A stretch of 64,000 nucleotides of DNA, from positions 1-64,000 of the IMG/VR virus record IMGVR_UViG_3300013132_000028; one strand, written 5' to 3'. The position numbers were made by a program, and so were the translations under genes. Position 1 is the stretch's first letter. Every line of letters begins with the position of its first letter. Shown here in pieces: positions 42,443 to 51,348 of the stretch. The notes beneath the pieces were generated by a model, which was not told the DNA's origin, did not search any database, and was given only the letters and a program-made list of their open reading frames with translations. Source of the DNA: a virus.

Positions 42443-45400
42443 TTATATTCCTCCACGTCTCATTTGAAACGCAATTTGTCTTGACACCAACGAGGCCAGC
42501 TCTGATTCGTCCATGCCCTCGGAAGGGTACACGTTTATCGTCGCGCCTGACCCCTGGCCGCCCGAGATCATCTCTATGATTGCACGGTCGCGCTTTGACA
42601 GTCCGTCCTCGTCCAGTGGCTCTACGCGCTCCGGTCGTCCGGCCTCGCCTATCCTCGCTAGAGTACCGCCTGGTGTCGGTCTTACGATTCCGCCCTGTGC
42701 CAGTGTTGGTATGTTCGGCGTGTCCAGCGTGAAGCCTTTGCCTCTCAGGAACGGAACTATGAAGTCGGGCGGAAAGCGCGCTTCAAGTCTAAATGCGTTC
42801 CACTTGTTGATAATGTAGTTCAGCGCGTCTTTGAAGCTGTTCTTAAAGCTCACCCAAAGATTGCTTGCGGCGCTGGCTATGCGTCCGGGTAGGCCCTTCA
42901 CCCATCCGACTAAGTTGTCAAAATTGCTTTTTACCGCTGCTATGGCCGTTCTCAGCTTGTCGCCTATCCAGTCCCACAGTTTCTTACCTATTTCAACAAG
43001 TTTACCTGGCAGTCCTCTTATGAAGTCAAACACTGCGCTCCACGCCGCGATGTACAGCTGCACAGCTATCTTGAACTTGTCTACTATCCAGTCCCAAATT
43101 TTTCCTGCAATTTCACCTAGCTTGGCAGGCAGTCCTTTTATGAAGTCAAATATCTCGGTCCACGCCAGGATGTATGCCTGCACGATTATCTTGAACTTGT
43201 CTACTATCCAGTCCCACAGTTTGCCGGCTAGCTCCGCGAGCTTGGCAGGCAAATTTTTGAAGAACTCCGTTATCGTGTCCCAGTTCTTGATGATTGCTAA
43301 TATCGCCAGGCCTATGGGTCCGGTCAAGATGGCCAGCACGACTGGCCAGTTTTCTTTCAGCCAGCCTATGAACTTTGCAATCGCTTCTTTGATCTTGTCC
43401 CAGTTTGAAATGATGAGAGGCAGAAGCAGCAGGATTATTCCGATCGGCCCGCCCAACATCGCAAGACCGCGTCCTACGGCGCTCAGTCCTCTGCCGGCTA
43501 TTGTGCCGGCCGTGCCTAGTGCGCTCAGCGCTCCGGCTTTCATTCTTGACGCGACTGTTGCTTTTTGTATTGGAACTATTGCGGCTGCGGAGGCGGTGCC
43601 GGTCGCTTTGATTCCGACGGCAGCTCTCTGTCCTGCCGTGCCGACGGCTTCCATTGCTGTCTTTTTCTGCGCGTCTACTATGAGCTGCTTCTTTAGCTCT
43701 GTGCGCGTTAGGCCAGAGCTCTTAGTTACATTGTCAAACGGTCTTTTTCCAGCTATGGCCCCAAATATCCCGAGCAGTGCTTGAACTTTTTTTATTACGA
43801 AAAGAATTGAGCCAGCGACTGCTTTGCCAAAGAACGTTACGGCAGTAATTATTAAACCTAGCGCCAGGGTAATTGCCTTAAATTTTCCAGTAAACTCTAA
43901 AATTTTTGCGCCTATCTCACTGCCAAAAATTTTATTTAGCAGCCCCAGCGCGTCTTTGAGGATGTTGAAAAACAGTTGAATCGCGCCGGACTCTGTGGTT
44001 AGCCGCACGAACTTGGCAAACTCTGTTAGGAAACCGGCAAATGCAGGTCCTGCTTTTAAGGCTTCTATGCCTGCCTTGGTGAACTCCTGAACTACCGGCT
44101 CGAGAGCTCTTAAGAATATGCCTAGGTTTGGGTCTGCGCCCAGCTTTAAGAAGCCCTTTAGAATTTCGTTTAGTAGCGAGCCTAGTGCGAGAAAGTTTGT
44201 TGCCGAGTCGTCAAAAAACTTTTTTAGGCCGGCTTGGTTTTCAGGTCCCTTTGCGTATTTTTCAAAGTCCTCTGCGGATTTTTTTAGCCCATTGAGCACC
44301 GTGTCGATTGCGTCTGAGGCCGGCTTGGCCAGCGCCTTTAGACCGCCAAATACGGCGCCAAATATGTCGCCAAATGTCGCTAGTCGGTCGCCTGCTTTGT
44401 TAAACGTCTCTGTTAGTTTGCCTGTCTCCCTGTTTATTTCGGCAGTTTCTTTCCATCCCCTGGTCAGGGTTTCTACCCACGTAAAGAAGCGACGTATGAG
44501 CGGGTCAGCTGCTATTAGCAGCTCGCTGAACAGTCCAATCAAATTTTCTAGTATCTTGCCAAACTTTTCTATGACAAACACGTTTGTGTCGGAGATTAGC
44601 TCAAAGTTTTTTAGCTGTCTTTGTGTAGCTAGGAAGTTTAGCAGACTCTCTCCGGCCCTGCCTAGAGCTCCGGCCGTGTCTCCTACTATCTTCTTGAAAG
44701 TTTCTTCGCCTGCAGTAACTAGATTTTTTAGCCCGCGTGTGAACGGAGTAAAAAACTCTGTGGCAGCTATTTCATTCAGCTCTTTGAACAGAGGCTTGAG
44801 TCCGACTATAAACTTGACAAACTCCTGTGCGGCTTTTGGCAGGTTAGCAAGTGCGTTTTGATATTCGTTAACTTGTTTATTTGAGTTTTTTACGGCGTCT
44901 GCTAGTCGCTCTTCTGCGTCTCGTACTGCATCCTGCGCGTCTTTAAGTTCCCACGCCTGGTCTCTGACCATGCGGGCAAGCATAAGTTCTTCGCGGAATA
45001 TGTCTTGTTGTTTTTTCGCAAGTCTTTCTTTTACCGCGGCTTCTTCCTGTTTTGCATCTACAACTTCTTTGGTTCCTTCTACGCCGGCTAATTGTGCTTT
45101 TTCATTTTCAGCTTGCAGTTTTTTATTTGTGTCGGTGGCACGGCGAAATGCTAGCTCTGCCTCTTTGAACTGTAGTTCTGCTTCTCGACGCGCTCTACTG
45201 TTTGGTGGCAGGTCCTGCACTCTTGCGAGAGCTTCTCTTGCTTTTTCTAGGCTTATTCCAGCGCCCTCTTGCTTTAGTGCTGCGTCTTCTGCGCTGAATG
45301 CAAGTTCTTCGAGGGCACGTTTGCCGTCTATGTATGCCTGTGTTACTCTCTTTTGCGCTTCTGCCGCTTCTTTTTCTATTTCGATTAACTCTTCTTTTGA

Positions 45401-45988
45401 CTCGGCCAGTCTCTCCTCTGCGTCCGTGAGAGACTCTGCTTGTCTGGTTTCTGTGCGCGCTAGAGCTTCTTTTGCTTTTTGTACACCTTGCTGTGCGTCT
45501 CGTATTGCTTTTTTGGCGTTGTCTGCCCCTTCTTTCGTAGGCTTAAGTCCCAGCTTGATTGCCTCGCCTACGCCCTTGAACGCCAGCTTAAGCGCGATGG
45601 CAGACTGAGCTATTGCAGTTAGCGCGCTTGGAATTAGTATAAGCGCGGGAAGAGTCTGACCGGCGGCAGTACTGAGCAGGAATAGTCCAGTAACTAACGC
45701 TCCAATCGAGCCCACTAGCAGTACGATTACTTGACCTAGTGAGTAGCCTATCCTAATTAGCCTATTAAATTTTGTTCTCGCTGCTTCTGCTTCTTTTGCA
45801 AACTTTGAACCAAAAAGTCCGCCGCCGCGTGTGCTGGAGCTTTGAAAGGCGCGGCCGAAGGCGGTACCGCTTTCGTCTCCAGCGTCAAAACCTACACTCC
45901 GCGCGCCGCTAAACGCGCGAGCAATGTCGTCTTCTACGCCTGTTGTGACTGCACGTACGACAACGTACGCATCGCCTACTATGGCCAT
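42443..45988 (-). CDS. Tape measure protein
   Basis: Long helical protein with Trp-periodic repeats and C-terminal LAQGGIV...GEAGRPE; GGAGGTGA RBS. Confidence 0.9.
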   Translation of the reverse strand: MAIVGDAYVVVRAVTTGVEDDIARAFSGARSVGFDAGDESGTAFGRAFQSSSTRGGGLFGSKFAKEAEAARTKFNRLIRIGYSLGQVIVLLVGSIGALVTGLFLLSTAAGQTLPALILIPSALTAIAQSAIALKLAFKGVGEAIKLGLKPTKEGADNAKKAIRDAQQGVQKAKEALARTETRQAESLTDAEERLAESKEELIEIEKEAAEAQKRVTQAYIDGKRALEELAFSAEDAALKQEGAGISLEKAREALARVQDLPPNSRARREAELQFKEAELAFRRATDTNKKLQAENEKAQLAGVEGTKEVVDAKQEEAAVKERLAKKQQDIFREELMLARMVRDQAWELKDAQDAVRDAEERLADAVKNSNKQVNEYQNALANLPKAAQEFVKFIVGLKPLFKELNEIAATEFFTPFTRGLKNLVTAGEETFKKIVGDTAGALGRAGESLLNFLATQRQLKNFELISDTNVFVIEKFGKILENLIGLFSELLIAADPLIRRFFTWVETLTRGWKETAEINRETGKLTETFNKAGDRLATFGDIFGAVFGGLKALAKPASDAIDTVLNGLKKSAEDFEKYAKGPENQAGLKKFFDDSATNFLALGSLLNEILKGFLKLGADPNLGIFLRALEPVVQEFTKAGIEALKAGPAFAGFLTEFAKFVRLTTESGAIQLFFNILKDALGLLNKIFGSEIGAKILEFTGKFKAITLALGLIITAVTFFGKAVAGSILFVIKKVQALLGIFGAIAGKRPFDNVTKSSGLTRTELKKQLIVDAQKKTAMEAVGTAGQRAAVGIKATGTASAAAIVPIQKATVASRMKAGALSALGTAGTIAGRGLSAVGRGLAMLGGPIGIILLLLPLIISNWDKIKEAIAKFIGWLKENWPVVLAILTGPIGLAILAIIKNWDTITEFFKNLPAKLAELAGKLWDWIVDKFKIIVQAYILAWTEIFDFIKGLPAKLGEIAGKIWDWIVDKFKIAVQLYIAAWSAVFDFIRGLPGKLVEIGKKLWDWIGDKLRTAIAAVKSNFDNLVGWVKGLPGRIASAASNLWVSFKNSFKDALNYIINKWNAFRLEARFPPDFIVPFLRGKGFTLDTPNIPTLAQGGIVRPTPGGTLARIGEAGRPERVEPLDEDGLSKRDRAIIEMISGGQGSGATINVYPSEGMDESELASLVSRQIAFQMRRGGI

Positions 45989-46021
45989 TTATCTCACCTC
46001 CCCGTCGTCTTGGTAAGTTTA

Positions 46022-46480
46022 CTAGTTTAGCGGTGGCTCCAGCGCTGCGCTGAGCGCGTCTTCCGTGAGAAGCGTTGGCCGTAGGTACGGCTTAGTTGCT
46101 TCTTTCTTGTCTGTCTTCTTAAGATCGTATTGAACTTCGTCTGGGATGTCAAAGTCCTTTAGACGATCTTTGCCCACGCGCCCAGACGCCTCGGTACTGC
46201 TGGTACCCTGCAAAGCGTAGTTGTACTTCTTTTCGTACAAATCTCTGTAGAGTAGCTGCCGCATCGTGCTCCGTGACTCCGCCTGTTCGGCTGACGAGTA
46301 TGTAACGTCTGTCTCTAGTATAAAATGAATTACGTCCAGCATGTCTGACGTTTCCATTTCTGCTAGTCTTAATCCGCTCATTAGGGCTTTTCCGTTTACG
46401 TATGGCCAGAGGTCTATGCACCAGTCGAGGAGGCCTCTGGCCCCGGCATAGGGCGGTTTGAGTACTCCTCCACTAGCCAC
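46022..46480 (-). CDS. Tail assembly chaperone, frameshift (gpGT-like) extension
   Basis: Overlaps the upstream TAC in the -1 frame; directly before the tape measure gene. Confidence 0.65.
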   Translation of the reverse strand: MASGGVLKPPYAGARGLLDWCIDLWPYVNGKALMSGLRLAEMETSDMLDVIHFILETDVTYSSAEQAESRSTMRQLLYRDLYEKKYNYALQGTSSTEASGRVGKDRLKDFDIPDEVQYDLKKTDKKEATKPYLRPTLLTEDALSAALEPPLN

Positions 46481-46770
46481 GCGACAATGTCGCCTAGCGT
46501 TTCCATTTTTACAATCGTGTCCGCACTGTCTATTAGCGCCTGGAAGCGGGTGTTGTCTTCTGCCTGTAGCACTCTTTCAAAGAAGTTGAAGACCATCTGT
46601 GCGGTCTCGGCTGGCTTGCTGTCGTCTGACTTTGAGATCAGCTCTAGCATAACTTTTCCCTGAATTGCTGGTTTGCAATTGAAGGTTTGTCCGTGTAGCT
46701 TGAATGACAACGGTGCGGCAGACTCTAGCCCGCCTGTTCCGAAGTCTCTGTACCTTGGTGTATTAGTCAC
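46414..46770 (-). CDS. Tail assembly chaperone (gpG-like)
   Basis: Position; ends IVAWLVEEYSNRP. Confidence 0.75.
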   Translation of the reverse strand: MTNTPRYRDFGTGGLESAAPLSFKLHGQTFNCKPAIQGKVMLELISKSDDSKPAETAQMVFNFFERVLQAEDNTRFQALIDSADTIVKMETLGDIVAWLVEEYSNRPMPGPEASSTGA

Positions 46771-46837
46771 TTTTTACCTTTCGTCTATTTCGATGGTTGT
46801 CTTTAGCTTGGCCTCTTGGCTTTGCCATACTGCAGAG

Positions 46838-47224
46838 CTATAGTATCAAACGTAAGTTACGGCTTAGGAAACGATTTGGCTTAGTTCCTGGGTGCATGAC
46901 GGCGTGTGCGTAGAACACTTTTCCGCCCTTTGTGTACTTGAGTACACTTTTTCTATCCGGCCGTATTAAATGCGGTCTAGTGCCGCGGTGGTGGTCCCAG
47001 GCGTAGTCCAGCGGAGAGCCTACGCGTATGAACTGTCCCCGAGCGTCCCTGCGGTGCTGCAAGTGTATGGAAGCTCTAAGTGCTCCCGTCTCTACGCCTA
47101 CCTGAGTCTTGGCTGCAGTTCTTATTAGCTCACCGCGACGTTTTAGGTACCTTCCAGTGTCGCCGGTTGGGTTGTTTAGCATCTTGTCCATTTCGGCTTT
47201 TCTGGCAACAAATACGGTTGGCAT
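46838..47224 (-). CDS. Tail completion / neck protein (HK97 gp10-like)
   Basis: TGALRASI...YAxxHHxGT...HPGTKPNRFL. Confidence 0.75.
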   Translation of the reverse strand: MPTVFVARKAEMDKMLNNPTGDTGRYLKRRGELIRTAAKTQVGVETGALRASIHLQHRRDARGQFIRVGSPLDYAWDHHRGTRPHLIRPDRKSVLKYTKGGKVFYAHAVMHPGTKPNRFLSRNLRLIL

Positions 47225-47227
47225 TTT

Positions 47228-47749
47228 TTACGGCACCGCCGCAGTGCAGCTTAGGGTTACGACTTGAAAGCCACCTTCTGGTTGCAGGGTGTCCACGGTT
47301 GCTATTACTCCCACGCCAAAACCGCCTTCTTCCCACTGGTCTAGCGCTGCTGCCGACTCTATTAAAATCCAGGCGTCGTACGCTGCCACCGTTGCTGCTT
47401 TGGTCAAGCTAGCGGTGCTCGGGGCAGCCCCGGTGTGTCCACCGCTCGGTACCGGACGTGCAACAGAAACGCTAAAAGTGGCTGTTCGCGGGGCCTCGCA
47501 TTTTTGCGGCGTGGCCACCTGCGAGCCGGGCGCGCCTAAGTACATCTGGTTAAACGAAACCACCAGTTGTTCGCAATCCACCGGCGGCAGACCAATGGAC
47601 CAGTACCTGCGTGTTGGAAGAGGCATGCCGTAGGCTGTGTACTGAGCGACAACGGTTTCTAGCACTCTCTCCAGGAATACCTTTAGGTGCTTCGCATCGT
47701 CTGAGACTTCTTCGTCAAAAGTAGGAGCTGCTCCGGGACTGTAGCTCAT
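47228..47749 (-). CDS. Tail terminator-like protein
   Basis: Position; DCEQLVV...PEGG motif. Confidence 0.6.
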   Translation of the reverse strand: MSYSPGAAPTFDEEVSDDAKHLKVFLERVLETVVAQYTAYGMPLPTRRYWSIGLPPVDCEQLVVSFNQMYLGAPGSQVATPQKCEAPRTATFSVSVARPVPSGGHTGAAPSTASLTKAATVAAYDAWILIESAAALDQWEEGGFGVGVIATVDTLQPEGGFQVVTLSCTAAVP

Positions 47750-47928
47750 GGTGACTCTGTTTCTGGTTCACCAAGAAGCAAATTTGCTTGTCTGTCCGCT
47801 TCAATCTGCTCTGGAGTTCTACCGCTTCTCGGCGCCTGTCCTGCACGTATCGTGTGTAGCACACGCATCTGCTCTAACAGTGGCAGGTGGGCGTACTCGT
47901 CTGGTACGTCTCTGTGTACTTTTCTCAC
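47746..47928 (-). CDS. Small hypothetical protein
   Basis: AAGGA RBS; overlaps the next start. Confidence 0.45.
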   Translation of the reverse strand: MRKVHRDVPDEYAHLPLLEQMRVLHTIRAGQAPRSGRTPEQIEADRQANLLLGEPETESP

Positions 47929-47930
47929 TG

Positions 47931-48059
47931 TTATTCCTTGTCTGCTTCTGGCTCAGGGTTAGGGTTAACAACGACTGGGGCGGCTTTTGCTTTTGGCTTC
48001 CGCTTCGTCTGCTGAGTCGGCTGGCCTGTTTTCATGTCTGCTGATCTGAAGTTTTTCAT
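47931..48059 (-). CDS. Small basic/Pro-rich protein, 42 aa (not in ORF track)
   Basis: AAGGA RBS; MKNFRSADMK...PEPEADKE fills the gap. Confidence 0.5.
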   Translation of the reverse strand: MKNFRSADMKTGQPTQQTKRKPKAKAAPVVVNPNPEPEADKE

Positions 48060-48079
48060 GCTTTTTTCCTTTCTTAGTT

Positions 48080-49219
48080 TTATAGAGTGTAGACCGGTTC
48101 GGTAGACTCGGCTAGCTGAACTGACAGGTTGCCGGAGATTAGGTTAATTACCTCGTCTACACTTGGATTGTTTGGCGTCGGACGTGATACGTACAAGTCC
48201 CAGGTACCAGGGTCGTGCAGACCTAAAATTGATTTTGCGTCCGCGTAGGGGACAGCAACTGTCACCCGTGAACCGACAGTGTCTAGCGTCGCGGCGTTCT
48301 CTACGACTCTCGTATACGTACCGGCCCAATTAGTTATGCGGACTTCTAGGTCCCAGCTGTTGTCGTCTAGCAGGAACAGTCCGCTCACGTCTTCCAGCTC
48401 TATGACTCGTGCGCCGACTTGGTTAGGCTTCGTAGCAATGTCAAACAAGCTCTGTGGCAGCACGAACGGTTTTGGGTTTACTCTGCGTGCTCTAGGCACG
48501 TCTGGTGAGAACACCCTGGCGCGCGCTCTAGCTCTGTCTGGGTTTACGGCGCGCAGGAACAAGTCTACCGCGTAGATACCTGAGCGCAGTTCGTCGATGA
48601 AATCTTGGTTGTCTAGTACAGTGTAGGTTACGCCTTGACGTGCGATTGACGTGACACGGTTTGGCAGCGCGCAGTCGTCTGTGCCTTCATACAGCTTAAC
48701 CAGCTCTAGCGCCAGGGTTCTTGCGGCCATGCGGCCCGCTGTCGGTGGCGGAGCTCCATACGTGTAGGTTACTTCTACGTTGCATGGAAAAAAGTTTTTA
48801 CCAAACGTAGCCTCGAGAGTCGAGTGCTCTACTAGTCTGTAGTTCATCGGGTCCACCAAGTCGCCCCTTAGGGTCCTTACGTTGTGTACCTCGATGACTC
48901 TTCGGCCGCGCAGACGGAGTCTGGACCTGGCTGAGTTTGCCTCAGAGGAGAACTCTGTACCGAATCTGTCTATGTCTCCTACTGGAATGTTGAATATGGT
49001 GCCTTCTAGCAAAGCAGGGGTAAACGTCTGAGCCGATGCCCCCAGCAAACGAATGTTGCTGGCGCACACGTATCTTTCGGTGACCGTAGTGATACCCGTA
49101 AATTTTCTACCGGACAAGGCCCACAGCATGTAGGACGCGGTTTTACACGCCTCGTAAGAGTGCGTAGAACTTGAGTACTCACCCAGTTCTTCCACGTTAG
49201 TCCATAAATTTGTTGCCAT
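48080..49219 (-). CDS. Head-to-tail adaptor
   Basis: LWALSGRKF...VTYTYG...CALPxRVTSIARQGV. Confidence 0.75.
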   Translation of the reverse strand: MATNLWTNVEELGEYSSSTHSYEACKTASYMLWALSGRKFTGITTVTERYVCASNIRLLGASAQTFTPALLEGTIFNIPVGDIDRFGTEFSSEANSARSRLRLRGRRVIEVHNVRTLRGDLVDPMNYRLVEHSTLEATFGKNFFPCNVEVTYTYGAPPPTAGRMAARTLALELVKLYEGTDDCALPNRVTSIARQGVTYTVLDNQDFIDELRSGIYAVDLFLRAVNPDRARARARVFSPDVPRARRVNPKPFVLPQSLFDIATKPNQVGARVIELEDVSGLFLLDDNSWDLEVRITNWAGTYTRVVENAATLDTVGSRVTVAVPYADAKSILGLHDPGTWDLYVSRPTPNNPSVDEVINLISGNLSVQLAESTEPVYTL

Positions 49220-49251
49220 GTCTGTGTCCTTTGGTTAGCTTACTCTACCGA

Positions 49252-49305
49252 TAAAAGAGGGCGACGTACCTGTGTCTACAATTTGACACAGTAGGTACGT
49301 CGCCC
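49252..49305 (-). terminator. Terminator after the major tail gene
   Basis: 13-bp inverted repeat GGGCGACGTACCT/AGGTACGTCGCCC followed by TCTTTTAT on the minus strand. Confidence 0.8.
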
Positions 49306-49319
49306 CGTTCTTGGCCCTG

Positions 49320-50360
49320 CTACAGGGTTGGGTCTTCGGTAGAAGAAACTATGTAGTCGGATGGCAGCTCTGGGTTGTAGCCCTCGTTGCCTGGGATGTT
49401 GTAAGCTGTCTGTGATCCGGAGTCGGTGAAGGCGGCGACTGCACGTCCTGCAGCTGCGACAACCGAGGTTCCACTATCTGCAGTGGACGGGATGTTGTCA
49501 CCCGTCTTGCTGTAGGTAAAGGTTGTGTCGGACGGTGCGGCTGTGATGGTGTACGTACCGTCAATAGATGGGTCTAGGTTGCTTACTACCACGCGGTCGC
49601 CGGCTAGATAGTTGTGTGCGGCAGCCGTGGTTAGGGTAACTACGTTGTTTGTACGTGCCTTGTTGCTGATCGTAGCAGATAGCTGTGGGTGCCACTTGTG
49701 GAAGCCCTTGTATCCGGTAGGAGCCCAAGTCGTACGTGCGTAGGCGTATGGACGGTCAGACGCCACTGGGAACTCCCAGCGCTCGTCTAGGCCGGAACCG
49801 AATGTCTCGTTTCCAAGTCCGTAGCCTTCAAAAGTGTTTGCCAATAGGCCGTTCTCAATCACACGGTCGCCTGACTGACGTAGCTTGACGTATGGGAAGA
49901 TCCAGTGGAAGTAAGGCAGTGTTAGCGCCTTCTTTCCGTCCTTGATTGCCAGCGACCAGACTTCTACGGCTACGCCGTTTGCCTGTGGGTCGTCGCCAAC
50001 GTTAGGTGCTGCCCAACCTACGCTCTTTACGTTTGGTGATGCGTATGTGCCGAGGTTCTTGCGTAGTAACAAACCGCCGGAAAGTAGTTGTGAAAGTTCT
50101 GGGTCTGGCTCGCAGATCGCGATTTCCATAGTGACACGCTTTAATGTGTCTGGTGCCTGGTAGGCTACACATACAGTGCCATCCGCGGCCTTTTCAGTGA
50201 TCTCGTCGCCTGCTTCGTACTCCGGCGTGAATGATGCACGGATGAAGGCTGATGTTGTGTATACGTCGTTTTCACCATTTAAGAGAGCACCGTTTGCGTC
50301 TAAGCGGGTTACCCGTATAGACACACCTTGGATGCTCGCTGCGTAGTCCTGGGTAGCCAT
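49320..50360 (-). CDS. Major tail protein with C-terminal accessory beta domain
   Basis: RVTRLD...YEAGDEITEKAADGTVC...YFHWIFP; AAGGAG RBS. Confidence 0.8.
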   Translation of the reverse strand: MATQDYAASIQGVSIRVTRLDANGALLNGENDVYTTSAFIRASFTPEYEAGDEITEKAADGTVCVAYQAPDTLKRVTMEIAICEPDPELSQLLSGGLLLRKNLGTYASPNVKSVGWAAPNVGDDPQANGVAVEVWSLAIKDGKKALTLPYFHWIFPYVKLRQSGDRVIENGLLANTFEGYGLGNETFGSGLDERWEFPVASDRPYAYARTTWAPTGYKGFHKWHPQLSATISNKARTNNVVTLTTAAAHNYLAGDRVVVSNLDPSIDGTYTITAAPSDTTFTYSKTGDNIPSTADSGTSVVAAAGRAVAAFTDSGSQTAYNIPGNEGYNPELPSDYIVSSTEDPTL

Positions 50361-50402
50361 TTAGCTGTCTCCTTGATTCTGGTTTTTTAACCTGGGGTTA
50401 TC

Positions 50403-51281
50403 TTACGCCGTTATATCTACCCTGATAGTTTGGTAGACAGAGGTATCTACGTAGATACCGGCGGCACGGGTTGCCTTGATTCTCATGTCGTTAACACTGG
50501 CGGCAACGCCCTGGGCCAGCGATTCGTTTATTACTTCTGACTTGCCGAGATGAACCTCGACAGTTCCGGTAGCAAAAATCCACTTGTGGGTGGCGTCCGC
50601 AGCTGCCTGGGCATTCCCGATTGGACCGCCTCCGGAGTATCCGGAGCCTACCACTACGGGAGTTCCTAGACGTGTTCTAATTTGGTTTTCTGCTATTACT
50701 AGCCTGTTTCCCAGGATAGAAGCTACGTCACGTGTCATGTGGATTACTGCCTTTTCACCGCATGGAGAGCCGGCAATACCTTGTTCCAACTTAGCTAAGC
50801 AGATGTCTGCTCTTACGTTGGCAGCGTTAGAAATTACTGTGGCTCCACCAGTTTTAATTAGGTATGCTGTAGTGTTGGCTGCTGCACCGGTTCCGGTGTC
50901 GCCGCGAACTGCTACTCCTTCCCACAGTTCTTTCTCTAGTGCTTTCTGAGTGGCTGCCTCTAGCTGGCGTAAGACGCGGGCAAAACGGTCTTCTCCGAGT
51001 ACACCGAACGTCGAAATGAAGTCCTCTGTCTCGATGAAAAACGGTACGACGCGCTGAAAACGTGTCGTGCCTGACTGGTTTGCTAGCGGATTGCCATCTA
51101 CAGCCTCGTCATTTTTGTTGAGAATACGAATTGTTGGATTTGACTCATCTTCCTGGTCAAACCCGCGAATCCAGCGTTCTCCGTCTTCTGAGGTGCTGTG
51201 GTTGTACACCTTTGCGACACTCAGAAGCCCGTAGGGGTTCGGAATGAGCTCTGGAGCTTTTACTACTCCCGTGAACGGCAT
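50403..51281 (-). CDS. Second capsid protein (putative pentamer protein)
   Basis: PYGLLS...EKELWEG...TRLGTPVVVGSGY...WIFATG; follows the major capsid gene as in cluster-B-like actinophages. Confidence 0.65.
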   Translation of the reverse strand: MPFTGVVKAPELIPNPYGLLSVAKVYNHSTSEDGERWIRGFDQEDESNPTIRILNKNDEAVDGNPLANQSGTTRFQRVVPFFIETEDFISTFGVLGEDRFARVLRQLEAATQKALEKELWEGVAVRGDTGTGAAANTTAYLIKTGGATVISNAANVRADICLAKLEQGIAGSPCGEKAVIHMTRDVASILGNRLVIAENQIRTRLGTPVVVGSGYSGGGPIGNAQAAADATHKWIFATGTVEVHLGKSEVINESLAQGVAASVNDMRIKATRAAGIYVDTSVYQTIRVDITA

Positions 51282-51348
51282 CTTTATGTTTCTCCTTTGT
51301 GCTTCCGAGTGTTCGCTTAAGTTACTACTTAACTAGCTAAGTTCTATC

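Noticed and set aside
42950-43290. ~120-bp DNA repeats in the tape measure gene
   Set aside because: Ordinary Trp-periodic tape measure repeats.
42513-45608. Long + strand ORFs antisense to the tape measure gene (likewise those opposite other large genes)
   Set aside because: Shadow ORFs from codon bias; no recognisable motifs.
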